From NCBI GenBank assembly GCA_049509155.1, contig JBELAE010000001.1, positions 1 through 61,292 of the forward strand: a stretch of 61,292 nucleotides of DNA. Reading direction: 5' to 3'. Below, piece by piece: positions 21,301 to 28,855 of this stretch. Source of the DNA: Candidatus Sulfotelmatobacter sp. Its GTDB lineage: Bacteria > Acidobacteriota > Terriglobia > Terriglobales > Acidobacteriaceae. The translations under genes and the position numbers were made by a program. A model generated the notes under the pieces. It saw nothing but the letters and a program-made list of their open reading frames with translations, ran no database searches and had not been told where the DNA came from. The number at the start of each line of letters is the position of its first letter. The stretch's first letter is position 1.

Positions 21301-21795
21301 CGGGATGAGTTGAATCATCTCGGCGCGCCAGTCCGTGCCCACGATAGGCGCGGCTTCAATCGCATGGGTACCGAGGTCCACACGCTGGTCCGAGGTTTCC
21401 GTTTCCACCAGTGGCGTCTCCTCGGTCACTACGACCTGTTCACTGATTGAGCCCACTTGCAGCGTCCCGTCCACCGCGATGGTCTGGATCTCGAGGGTCA
21501 CGCCTTTGCGCACGAAGTTCTTGAACCCAGCCTTCGAGAACGTGATCGTATACAAGCCTGTCGGAACCGAAGGCACATCATAAATGCCGGCCGAATTTGT
21601 GGCCGAGTCGATGTTCACCCCCGTCTCCACATTAGTGATCGTGACCTTGACGCCTTCCACGAATGCGCCTGTAGAGTCTTGCACCGTCCCCCGGATCTCT
21701 CCCGTATTCGCGTTCTGTCCAAATGCAAGGCTGGCGCTCAAAATTGCGGCCAGCAACCATGCAATGCTTCCAAAGTGACGAATCTCGAATCTCAT
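18388..21795 (-). CDS. TonB-dependent outer-membrane receptor with an N-terminal carboxypeptidase-regulatory-like domain
   Basis: ORF 18388..21864. The ATG at 21795 sits 8 nt after GGAGG and gives MRFEIRHFGSIAWLLAAILSASLAFGQ. CarboxypepD_reg-like segment: GEIRGTVQDSTGAFVEGVKVTITNVETG...GIYDVPSVPTGLYTITFSKAGF. The size is about 1130 aa and the protein ends in aromatic ...GGHIRF. Confidence 0.8.
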   Translation of the reverse strand: MRFEIRHFGSIAWLLAAILSASLAFGQNANTGEIRGTVQDSTGAFVEGVKVTITNVETGVNIDSATNSAGIYDVPSVPTGLYTITFSKAGFKNFVRKGVTLEIQTIAVDGTLQVGSISEQVVVTEETPLVETETSDQRVDLGTHAIEAAPIVGTDWRAEMIQLIPGVNTGGGAGEANGQAVGVNGTQSYNVMFLSDGGPATAPRDFNGSNYYMPVDAIGEVSVNSANAPPQYGGGLTSVNVITKSGTNQWHGSGYEYIQNTAFNSRGYFDPAPDVKSVEHWNTYGGSIGGPIIKNKLFFFFLYQRNPSSSPTSGLYSYPTAAMEAGDFYGIPGATGTAFSAAGVLLAPTDPVAAKLQSYFPAATAAGWVAGCPGPVNVSATVAQTCPNGGTNDFVFNGSSPNTDTWYTGKVDYNLASKQRLSFSFNYFPTTSSYVPADPLFPNDATAYEVGKTDDLTAQVSHVYTITSSTLNEFRVGASRELDKYKPPSLGKNDPTTLGLEPTYGTNAPANVFPHITIDQGAGFGGDVLGAGGGNGNIDATLGEGIYTVSDVLTLIRGKHTIKVGGEFDKLYQNYTSWGDIDSGHFEFDGGVTGVPYADFLAGDVYGWYVYEADPTSAHMKGGALFASDDFKVSQHLTLNLGLRWQMQSGWTVSNNLFGNYDPVIPDPTQYNGAYPGGILFGGQSDKTFGGTIGKLSAIQNGDYKEFGPRLGFAWSPRDRWVIRGGFGIFDAPRDAENYTDGALGLGFNPHNQGNGGYTFGSSAFPLSVGPPAGTVIFPTVQTLSSTYANYSSAEFYPRSMPTVYVEQYLVGVQREFGRGLLFDTSYVYTRGRNLNFATDINQATAPGSTAVGGFECTSFYHCGNPNPVFNSIAAQYYDGYSNYNALQLRLQKRMSYGLSFQLNYAWSKSLDTGTGNGHGSGIDIYQNAYTPSANYGLSDFNAANTLVGQITYELPFGHGRQFVLHGPLDQIAGGWRLATLFQWHGGVPFTPVIQSSVAGGIDPGLTPSFGAGSTLYPEQVGDPAVSHRTHAMWFNPAAFANPAFGTFGDTHRNTLVGPDFANVNLSIAKEFPIHESIAFEVKADAYNIFNHINWGNPDANVGYSGGALADTTAGQVLNPVGGTRIFQLGGHIRF

Positions 21796-22010
21796 CGCGG
21801 AGCCTCCAGAGATTGATTCCCTTCCAAGTCGCGCCCCAGGTCGTCCTGGATCCGGAAGGCGCAAATACCACTTGAGGGAGTCGTAAATACCGCTCTTCTA
21901 CTACTCGTGCGGAATCCTATGTCCAAGCAAGACTCCGCGAATCCGCCAAAAGTCGGAACGCAAGAAAAGTATTTATCTTGACAACGGGGTAGGCTACATC
22001 GACCGGCAAC

Positions 22011-22036
22011 TACAGATGAACAAATTACAGATGAAC
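22011..22036 (+). repeat. Direct repeat TACAGATGAAC x2 (period 15) overlapping the response-regulator stop codon
   Basis: Read directly: copies at 22011-22021 and 22026-22036. On the minus strand this is GTTCATCTGTA-ATTT-GTTCATCTGTA. The upstream copy on that strand encodes the C-terminal LVHL-stop of the regulator. Confidence 0.9.
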
Positions 22037-22657
22037 CAGGCCGCGCTGCAGAGCAGCCACAACCGCCTGAGTACGATCTTCAACATCCAATCGCATAAGA
22101 ATGGTGCTCACGTGGCTTTTCACGGTTGCCTCCGTAATGCCCAGGAGGTTGGCGATGTCCTTGTTGCTATTCCCACTCACGAGCAGGTGAAGCACTTCCA
22201 GTTCGCGGGAACTCAACTCCGAATGTGGCAGCCGCGAAGCCAACGCGCGGGCTACCGGTGGGGGCAGGAATCGCCCTCCACTGTGCACTTTTTGTAGCGC
22301 ATCCACCAGCGTCTGGTAGGGCATGCCCTTGATCACGTAGCCTTGCGCTCCCGCCTCGAGAGCCCGGTGAATGTCTTCATCCCCATCGTAAGTCGTGACC
22401 ACAATAAAGCGAGCACGCGGAGACTTTGCACGGATGGCGGCAATCGCTTCCACGCCACCCATCTCTCCCGGAAGCCGCAAGTCCATCAGGGTTATATCGG
22501 GCTTGTGCCGTTGAAAAAGCGAGACGGCCTGTTCTCCGGTGCCCGCCTGGGCCACCACGCTCATGTCGACCCGTGCGTTGATGATCGCGGCGATGCCCAC
22601 TCGCATCAGCGGGTGATCGTCGACGATCATCACTTTCATTTTTTCGCTTTGGCTCAT
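22025..22657 (-). CDS. LuxR/NarL-family two-component response regulator
   Basis: Receiver domain (VMIVDDHPLMR, DITLMDLRLPG) and a LuxR HTH (LSSRELEVLHLLVSGNSNKDIANLLGITEATVKSHVSTILMRL). Confidence 0.9.
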   Translation of the reverse strand: MSQSEKMKVMIVDDHPLMRVGIAAIINARVDMSVVAQAGTGEQAVSLFQRHKPDITLMDLRLPGEMGGVEAIAAIRAKSPRARFIVVTTYDGDEDIHRALEAGAQGYVIKGMPYQTLVDALQKVHSGGRFLPPPVARALASRLPHSELSSRELEVLHLLVSGNSNKDIANLLGITEATVKSHVSTILMRLDVEDRTQAVVAALQRGLVHL

Positions 22658-22681
22658 AACGCCTGACTCATAATGCTCTAC

Positions 22682-25600
22682 TCATAACGCTATCTCGGGT
22701 ACTGGGCTTGACGTGGCGCGACTGCTGCGTGGTACCTCAATGCTAAGGTCCGTGCCTTGCCCAACCGCACTTTGCAAGGTGAATTTCCCGTCGATGCGCT
22801 CCACTCGTTCCTTGATCCCGATCAGTCCATAATGGTGTTCCGGAAGACGGGACACGCTCGCGGGGTCGAATCCGGAACCGTCATCACGCACTCCCACTCG
22901 ACACATGTTTCCCTCGAACCTTACGCTAAGCTCAACCTTCTTCGGTTGAGCGTGGCGGATGGAGTTGTATAACGCCTCGCGCGCCACCATGAGTACTTCA
23001 TGCACGACGGATTGCTCGAGCGCAAACGGTGTGCCCGCAACCCGGCATTCCACCGGCACGGAAAATTCATGGCTAAACTGTTCTGCGACCTTGGTAAGCA
23101 AAGAGCCGATGTCGGTCGTGGGCTCCGATATGCTGCGCAGGCCCCACACTGCCTGCCGAGCCTCCTCAATCGTAGAGCGCAGATGCGTTCGAGCGCAGTC
23201 CAGTAAATCGTCGTCGCCGTCGGCCTGACGTTGCGCGACGCTGAAATGCGCCTCCAGCAGAGCTGATACGCTGGCGCACCCCTGAATGAGAGTATCGTGC
23301 ATTTCCCGCGCCAGCCGATTGCGTTCCTTCAGGACCGCCTGAAAGCGGGCGCGCAGTTGGCCGAGTCGAAATTGATAAGCGCCCCACACCGAAGCTGCCA
23401 GCAGGAGCACCATGGCAGTGAGGAACCAGGCCGTTCGATAGAAGTGTGGCTTTTGAATGATCTCCACCGACGCCGCCGCTACCTGTTCGGGATTGTTCAT
23501 CTCGAAAGCGGCCACTCGAAACTGATAGCTGCCCGGAGGAAGATTGGTGTAGTACGCCACCCGTGCCGGTGAAGCGTCGCTCCAGGTCTTATCAAAACCT
23601 TCCAGTATGTACCGGAACCGGATGCGCTCCTGCGACCGCAGCAGTACGACCCCATAGTGCACTTCCAGTTTCGCGTTATCGGGACCCAGAGAGATTTCGG
23701 AGCTAACTGGCTTTTGCAGGCCGTCCGCCATTACCTGATCGATCACGACCGGCGCGGGTTTCGACGGCATGGGCGATCCAATCGAGATACGCACTGGACC
23801 CTTGCTACTGGGGAACCAAACTTCCCCCTGGGTGGTAAGCACTCCGGCTGGTTTTTCGCCGCCGCACATCTGAATGGTTTCGAGACCATCCGAAACGCCG
23901 TAGAGGGTGACTGCAACCGGCCGCGAAGGATGATCTGCCATGGCATCTAGTTCGCGGCGGCTGACGGTCGAGATTCCGTTCGGCCCGCTGATCCAGAAGT
24001 TGTTCTTCCCATCTTCAAGCAACTCATACACGCCATTGCTGGCCAGTCCGTCCGCGACGGTGTAGCGCGTCATGGTTCCCGAGCGCCATCGGTACAGGCC
24101 TCCCGTGCGAGTCCCAAACCACAAGCCGCCATCCGAATCTTCGTGGATGGCCCAAACCTTTTCGTTCTTTAGCGCTTCCGTAGCGCCGTCGGTTTCGAAA
24201 GAATCTCCATGCAGACGGCTCACACCCCGGTCGGTTCCGATCCAAATGTCGCCGCGCGCGTCCTCGAGCAGCGACCGCGTGCTGAAATAGGCGAGCCCGT
24301 CCCGCATCTGATAGCTCGTAATTTCCCGGCGACGCCAACGGCTGACTCCTTCGTCGGTCGCAATCCACACACTGCCATCGCGTCCTTGCAGGAACCCGCG
24401 AACAAAGTTGTTGACCAGTCCTTCCTTCGTCGAATAATGGATGAAGGTCTGACCGATTTGCCGGTATGCACCCCGGCCTTCGGTCCCAATCCATAATGCG
24501 CCCTCGTTGTCGCGGAAAACGTTCCGGACTCTAACCCCCGAAATGCCCGGAAATCGATAAGGCTCGGCCTTGCCATTGTGTACTCGGAACAGATTTACAG
24601 CTGCGACCCACAAATCACCCGTTCGGTCCTGATAAACCGTCTCCGCGTCGGAATCGGCTGCGTCGGGCAGTTTCACCGTTCGGACTGGAGTCTTGATCAA
24701 GCGCAGCATCCCACCTTGCGTCCCGATCCAGATGTTCTTTTCGACATCCTCGAAAAGATTCAAGACGGTGTTGCTGGGCAGTGGATCGGGAACCGCGATG
24801 CCTGAAAACCGATGATCGCGATAAGTAAGAAGTCCCCGGCCGATCGTGCCGATCCAAAGCGTCCCGTCCGCCATTTCGCGCAAGACCCGTACTGTTCCGT
24901 TTATCTCGCCTACCGGTTTGAAGGATGTTTCCTGTGGACCCATCTTCTGGAGACCCGAAACCGTACCGACCCACACCGTTCCGTCTTGCGTTTCCGTGAT
25001 CGACTTGACCCGATTCTGGCTGGCTTCTCCACCCAGGTTGTATTCAAATGATGCATTGCCGACGACGCGGAGGAACTTGGATCCACCCACCCAGATCTGT
25101 CCACGGCGATCTTCGTGGATGGCATGCACGGCAATTGCCGGAACGCCCTCAGTGTCGTCCACCCGCTGCAGACGATTCCCGGAGAGCTGAAACAATCCAT
25201 TGTCGGTGCCGACCCAGATCTTGCCTTGGCTGTCTTCGTACACAACCCGCACGAAGGCATTGGTCAGGCCGTCTTTGCTGGAGAAGGACTGAAAAACTCC
25301 GTCACGATAACGGACCAGCCCGCCTCCTTCCATTCCAATCCAGAGTGTGTTATCACGAGCCACCGTCAGGCAAAAAACATTGTTGTCGCTGAATGCGGAA
25401 GTGTTTTCGCGGTCGAAGGTCAGGAATCTCTCACCGTCGAAGCGGACAAGGCCGCCAGTCGTACCGATCCACAGATATCGGTCAGCCGTCTGCGCAAACG
25501 CCTGCACGACCTGCTCCGGCAAGCCATCCTGCAATTGCCAGAGACGCTGGGTGTAAGAAAACAGCGGACGCTCCGCTGCTAGAGCGCTAAGAGCTTGGGG

Positions 25601-25717
25601 GAAAATAGTCGGGAGCAGAACAAGCGGCCCCAAAACAAGCACGAGCAGAACTTCGGCCGCACTGTGCCGCAGCTTGTGCCAAACGCCAATCGGGTCCCGA
25701 TGTAACCGAGTGAACAT
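22682..25717 (-). CDS. Sensor histidine kinase with a periplasmic two-component-regulator-propeller / Y_Y_Y sensor region, HisKA_3 and HATPase domains
   Basis: ORF 22682..25870. The ATG at 25717 avoids overlap with the upstream gene. Many propeller repeats are present (LWIGTTGGLVRF, IWVGTDNGLFQL, LWIGTEGRGAY, IWIGTDRGVSRL, LWFGTRTGGLYRW). Also present: YYTNLPPGSYQFRV, a TM segment, the H-box REMHDTLIQG and VGVRDDGSGF. Confidence 0.85.
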   Translation of the reverse strand: MFTRLHRDPIGVWHKLRHSAAEVLLVLVLGPLVLLPTIFPQALSALAAERPLFSYTQRLWQLQDGLPEQVVQAFAQTADRYLWIGTTGGLVRFDGERFLTFDRENTSAFSDNNVFCLTVARDNTLWIGMEGGGLVRYRDGVFQSFSSKDGLTNAFVRVVYEDSQGKIWVGTDNGLFQLSGNRLQRVDDTEGVPAIAVHAIHEDRRGQIWVGGSKFLRVVGNASFEYNLGGEASQNRVKSITETQDGTVWVGTVSGLQKMGPQETSFKPVGEINGTVRVLREMADGTLWIGTIGRGLLTYRDHRFSGIAVPDPLPSNTVLNLFEDVEKNIWIGTQGGMLRLIKTPVRTVKLPDAADSDAETVYQDRTGDLWVAAVNLFRVHNGKAEPYRFPGISGVRVRNVFRDNEGALWIGTEGRGAYRQIGQTFIHYSTKEGLVNNFVRGFLQGRDGSVWIATDEGVSRWRRREITSYQMRDGLAYFSTRSLLEDARGDIWIGTDRGVSRLHGDSFETDGATEALKNEKVWAIHEDSDGGLWFGTRTGGLYRWRSGTMTRYTVADGLASNGVYELLEDGKNNFWISGPNGISTVSRRELDAMADHPSRPVAVTLYGVSDGLETIQMCGGEKPAGVLTTQGEVWFPSSKGPVRISIGSPMPSKPAPVVIDQVMADGLQKPVSSEISLGPDNAKLEVHYGVVLLRSQERIRFRYILEGFDKTWSDASPARVAYYTNLPPGSYQFRVAAFEMNNPEQVAAASVEIIQKPHFYRTAWFLTAMVLLLAASVWGAYQFRLGQLRARFQAVLKERNRLAREMHDTLIQGCASVSALLEAHFSVAQRQADGDDDLLDCARTHLRSTIEEARQAVWGLRSISEPTTDIGSLLTKVAEQFSHEFSVPVECRVAGTPFALEQSVVHEVLMVAREALYNSIRHAQPKKVELSVRFEGNMCRVGVRDDGSGFDPASVSRLPEHHYGLIGIKERVERIDGKFTLQSAVGQGTDLSIEVPRSSRATSSPVPEIAL

Positions 25718-25770
25718 GAAACGCAGACGACGCTGTCTGCAATTTGCCTGCGGGATCGCCCCCGTTCCCT

Positions 25771-25799
25771 GGTGCCGAGAATCTAGGTACCGAGAATTT
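25771..25799 (+). repeat. Imperfect direct repeat GGTGCCGAGAATCT / GGTACCGAGAATTT (period 15)
   Basis: Read directly; 12 of 14 positions are identical. It lies between the GH53 stop (25809) and the kinase ATG (25717). On the gene strand it reads AAATTCTCGGTACC-T-AGATTCTCGGCACC. Confidence 0.85.
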
Positions 25800-25808
25800 A
25801 TCACATCT

Positions 25809-26852
25809 CTATTTTCGCGTGAACCGGTCAAAGACCGTAATGACCGGCAGCGCGTTGTGCTGGTCGTCAAAAAAACCGCGAATGGTGAGCGGCCCAGTGA
25901 CTGCCGGCTCCCACCAGAAGACGCCTTTCCCGCGCCCGCTCGGAGTTTCCATCACGACACGGTTTAATTCATCCAGAAACTCGCGCTGTCCCTCAGGGGA
26001 CTCGGGAAATGGCGCCGGCTTGTTCACATAATTGCCGGGTTGCCAGTTGTACGCCGCCTCCACGACGATGATGTCTTTCTGATATTCCTTCGCCATGAAT
26101 TCCAAGTTCTGGCGAAGATCGTTGAGGCTCCCGTGCCACCACGGATAATACGACTGTCCGATGACGTCGTAAGGAACTTCATAGCTATTCAACTTGTCCA
26201 GGAACGCTTTCGTCCCTTTCATGTCGGCGCCACGATCAATATGAATCATGATCTTGGGTCGAATACCGTTGCCGCGGCCCGCATCTACCCCGTTGATGCC
26301 CGCATACACCAACTGCGCAAAGTTGTCCCAATTCTCCGGCAGCTTGCCGTCGGGCCACATCATTCCATGCGTAATCTCATTGCCGACCTGCACCATGTCC
26401 GGCAAAACGCCGGCATCGCGGAACGCCGCGATCGTATCCCGCGTGTACTCGAACACGGCTCTTACCAGATCCGCGTGCGACTTGCCTTGCCACGCCTTCG
26501 GTATCGGTTGTTTCCCTGGGTCCGCCCAGTCGTCGGCGTAGTGATAATCCAACAGGAACTTGAATCCCAGTTTCTTTGCACTCTTGGCCAGAGCGATGGT
26601 GTAGTCGAGATTGTTCGGCAGCTGGGTAGGAGTGTGGAATAGCCTGAGCCGAATCCAGTTGTAGCCATGGGACCTGAGAATTTCCAAGCCGGGCTTGGGA
26701 ACTCCGCCGTCCTTAAACGCAACTCCTTGCTGTTCAGCTTGAGCCAGGAAAGACACATCCGCACCGACGGCATAGTCCTGGCCTTTCATCAGACGGGTCG
26801 CGGAAACCAGCACGACCAGAAGGAAAGTGATATGTCGAACGTGCGTCCTCAT
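25809..26852 (-). CDS. Glycoside hydrolase family 53 arabinogalactan endo-beta-1,4-galactanase, secreted
   Basis: Signal-like N-terminus. Motifs: GADVSFL, GYNWIRLRLF, LDYHYADDWADPGKQ, VQVGNEITHG, IGQSYYPWWHG and IIVVEAAY. Confidence 0.85.
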   Translation of the reverse strand: MRTHVRHITFLLVVLVSATRLMKGQDYAVGADVSFLAQAEQQGVAFKDGGVPKPGLEILRSHGYNWIRLRLFHTPTQLPNNLDYTIALAKSAKKLGFKFLLDYHYADDWADPGKQPIPKAWQGKSHADLVRAVFEYTRDTIAAFRDAGVLPDMVQVGNEITHGMMWPDGKLPENWDNFAQLVYAGINGVDAGRGNGIRPKIMIHIDRGADMKGTKAFLDKLNSYEVPYDVIGQSYYPWWHGSLNDLRQNLEFMAKEYQKDIIVVEAAYNWQPGNYVNKPAPFPESPEGQREFLDELNRVVMETPSGRGKGVFWWEPAVTGPLTIRGFFDDQHNALPVITVFDRFTRK

Positions 26853-26882
26853 GCTTCCTCCACCCAGAGGTTTTGAATCTCA

Positions 26883-26940
26883 GCCGCAGAACTTCACCCG
26901 CAGAATCCAGCCGGCAAAATTCCGGTCATTCCCGCAGAAC
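26883..26940 (+). repeat. Three direct copies of CCGCAGAA(C/T), which reads (G/A)TTCTGCGG on the gene strand
   Basis: Read directly: 26884-26892, 26898-26906 and 26932-26940. They lie 30-90 nt upstream of the GH53 ATG at 26852. The third copy abuts the stop of the GH2 remnant. Confidence 0.85.
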
Positions 26941-27468
26941 TCAACGCGTCCCAGGCTCCGAGCTCTTCCCGTGAACGTCGGTCGTTCGGGTCGCCGCGTC
27001 GGTATCCCAATCCAAAGAACTCTCGGCAGCCATCATGCCCCCGGGCCGCAGCAGGGTCAAACGCAGCTTCAATTTCTTTATTCTTGCGTCGGGCAGCCCA
27101 CCAAAATTCCCAGAGAGGGTGCGTGCGGCGCTCAAGTCAGCGAGTTGCTGTTCGCCGCTCGCCAGCAGCTTGCCCGCCTGATAGCTTAATTCCCACGCCA
27201 ACCGGTAGTCGCGAAGAGGATAGGACGGCAGATCCTCGAGGCCGTTCGGCGTCAGCGTCACCGTGAAACTCGCCGGCGCACCTTCCTGCGCGTAGTCCCA
27301 CTGAGCTTCCACGACCGCCGGCGTATTCAGATCCTTCCACACATAATACGAAGGTTTGCGCTGCCGATGCTCGTCCACCAAACCGTGATTCAGGACGTGC
27401 AACGACCACGTCCTCATCGTCGTCGCTGACTCGCCGTCCTCGGATGCGAAACTGAATACCGAGGGCAC
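26941..27468 (-). pseudogene. C-terminal remnant of a GH2-type glycosidase (N-terminal 600 aa or more missing)
   Basis: The 175-aa ORF contains ...LNHGLVDEHRQRKPSYYVWKDLNTP, which resembles the end of the GH2 TIM barrel (GL...DR.PK.SYY..K), followed by a beta-rich C-terminal domain. Nothing GH2-like lies upstream on this strand. The first 17 residues or so (MPSVFSFASEDGESATT) look non-homologous. Confidence 0.45.
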
Positions 27469-27487
27469 GGATTATCTCCTCGTCGTC

Positions 27488-27907
27488 ATGCCCGAGGTCG
27501 AGCGCACGCCGGGGAAGGTCACGGCCTATCTGATTCCGACCGAGGTTGCGGTCAGAGAATCCCGCACGTCTCACCAAGCATGGCTCGACTCGAATCCGAA
27601 CACGAAAGGTGCTAACAAGACGTTCTGCCTCTGGTTCCGCAAAAATGCACCGTTCGCGAGAAGCGGGGATTATGCGACGAAGTGGGCCGAGTACCGACTC
27701 GACGGCGAGGCATACACAGATGCGGTGACTTCGACACAGACAGCCACCGCAGGCGGCGCTGGTGGCCTCGGTGGAGGCGGTATCGCAGCAAACGCCAGCG
27801 GAGATGGCAGTTTCAAAGCGGTGGTCGAGATGGCGAGACAAATGGTTTCGAAGGCGGCGGGTGTGTCACCGGAGGCGGTGAAAATCACGATTCAGTTCGG
27901 GGCGTGA
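27488..27907 (+). CDS. Hypothetical protein (orphan), possibly 5'-truncated
   Basis: 139-aa ORF with GC-rich third positions. The frame is open upstream to 27389 without a start (..DHVLIVVADSPSSDAKLNTEGTDYLLVV-MPEVERTPGKVTAYLIPTEVAVRESRTSHQAWLDSNPNTKG..). It has a Gly-rich linker (GGAGGLGGGGIAANASGDG) and a short C-terminal tail. I recognise no family. Confidence 0.45.
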   Translation: MPEVERTPGKVTAYLIPTEVAVRESRTSHQAWLDSNPNTKGANKTFCLWFRKNAPFARSGDYATKWAEYRLDGEAYTDAVTSTQTATAGGAGGLGGGGIAANASGDGSFKAVVEMARQMVSKAAGVSPEAVKITIQFGA

Positions 27908-27992
27908 ACGCTGATGCAATTCTGTGTCCAACTTTCTTTTCATTTTTAGCCGGAGTCACTCCGCGAAATCGGTATATCAAGGTGGAGGAAAA

Positions 27993-28631
27993 ATGACTTA
28001 CCAATTCAACTTGCAGTACCCCCACACGGAGATACTCGACCGCGCCAACAAATATTTGGAGAAGCGGGAGCCAAACGGCAAGACGGGCGTTCAGGAAGAC
28101 CGACGTATGGAGAAGGCAGGCCGCTGTCTCGTCAATCGCCGGTTCCGTTACGCATGCGTCGTGATGATTGTCTTGTGGAAGTCGCATCGCCCGTTGTGGC
28201 TGTTCAAACAAAATGCTGCGTCTGATGTCGAGGCGGCAATCAAGGCTGCGACAGCAGCGACTCACGCCGGAGACTTTCGCCGTGCGGTCAAGGCATTGAT
28301 GAAGCTGAAGGGCGTGGGACTGAAGATGGCGTCTGCGATTCTGACCGCGATGTTCCCGACGATTTACACCGTTTGCGACGTGAGGGCGTCCGAGGCCCTC
28401 GGCCAGAAGGATTACGGGAGCCTGCGATATTACCTCGCGTATCTCGCAGCGTGCCGTAGCATGGCCGCGCAATACGGAGTGACCCTGCGTGACTTCGACC
28501 GTGCGAACTGGCAGTGGTCATGGGAACAATCGCAGAACAAACGCAAGCGGCAGTGCCGGAAGCCGTGTGCGGGGACGACAGCAGCGGTCGGCGTGACGAC
28601 GGCTCCACTCATTGCATATTCGATTGCATAA
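27993..28631 (+). CDS. Helix-hairpin-helix protein with an OGG/HhH-GPD-like fold (putative)
   Basis: ORF 27924..28631. The ATG at 27993 follows GGAGG by 5 nt. The motif LMKLKGVGLKMASAILTAMFPTIYTVCDVRASEAL plus the later LRDFDRANWQWS resembles the small OGG-fold proteins (L.GVG...AS.iL....P......D.R...aL ... lR.lDrALW). Confidence 0.5.
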   Translation: MTYQFNLQYPHTEILDRANKYLEKREPNGKTGVQEDRRMEKAGRCLVNRRFRYACVVMIVLWKSHRPLWLFKQNAASDVEAAIKAATAATHAGDFRRAVKALMKLKGVGLKMASAILTAMFPTIYTVCDVRASEALGQKDYGSLRYYLAYLAACRSMAAQYGVTLRDFDRANWQWSWEQSQNKRKRQCRKPCAGTTAAVGVTTAPLIAYSIA

Positions 28632-28761
28632 TCGGCCTGCGGACTGGCCGAAAGGTGCCATATGAGGCGGCTCGGAGCAGACAGTAAAATAGACGTGCAA
28701 GGAAGACGGTCGCTAACGTGTTGGAAAATCGGACAAATCGTTGAAAATCGGGCAGACTAGC

Positions 28762-28855
<94 letters not shown>

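Noticed and set aside
27137-27841. 234-aa minus-strand ORF spanning the GH2 remnant and the orphan ORF
   Set aside because: It has an Arg-rich junk composition. It overlaps two better-supported frames: the GH2 C-terminal motifs on the same strand in another frame, and the GC3-rich plus-strand ORF 27488..27907.
27400-28761. Search for an attL/attR-type direct repeat of the tRNA-Ser 3' end and for an integrase
   Set aside because: I found none by eye. I therefore describe the region as a scar or remnant rather than calling a mobile element. A computational repeat search is needed to be sure.
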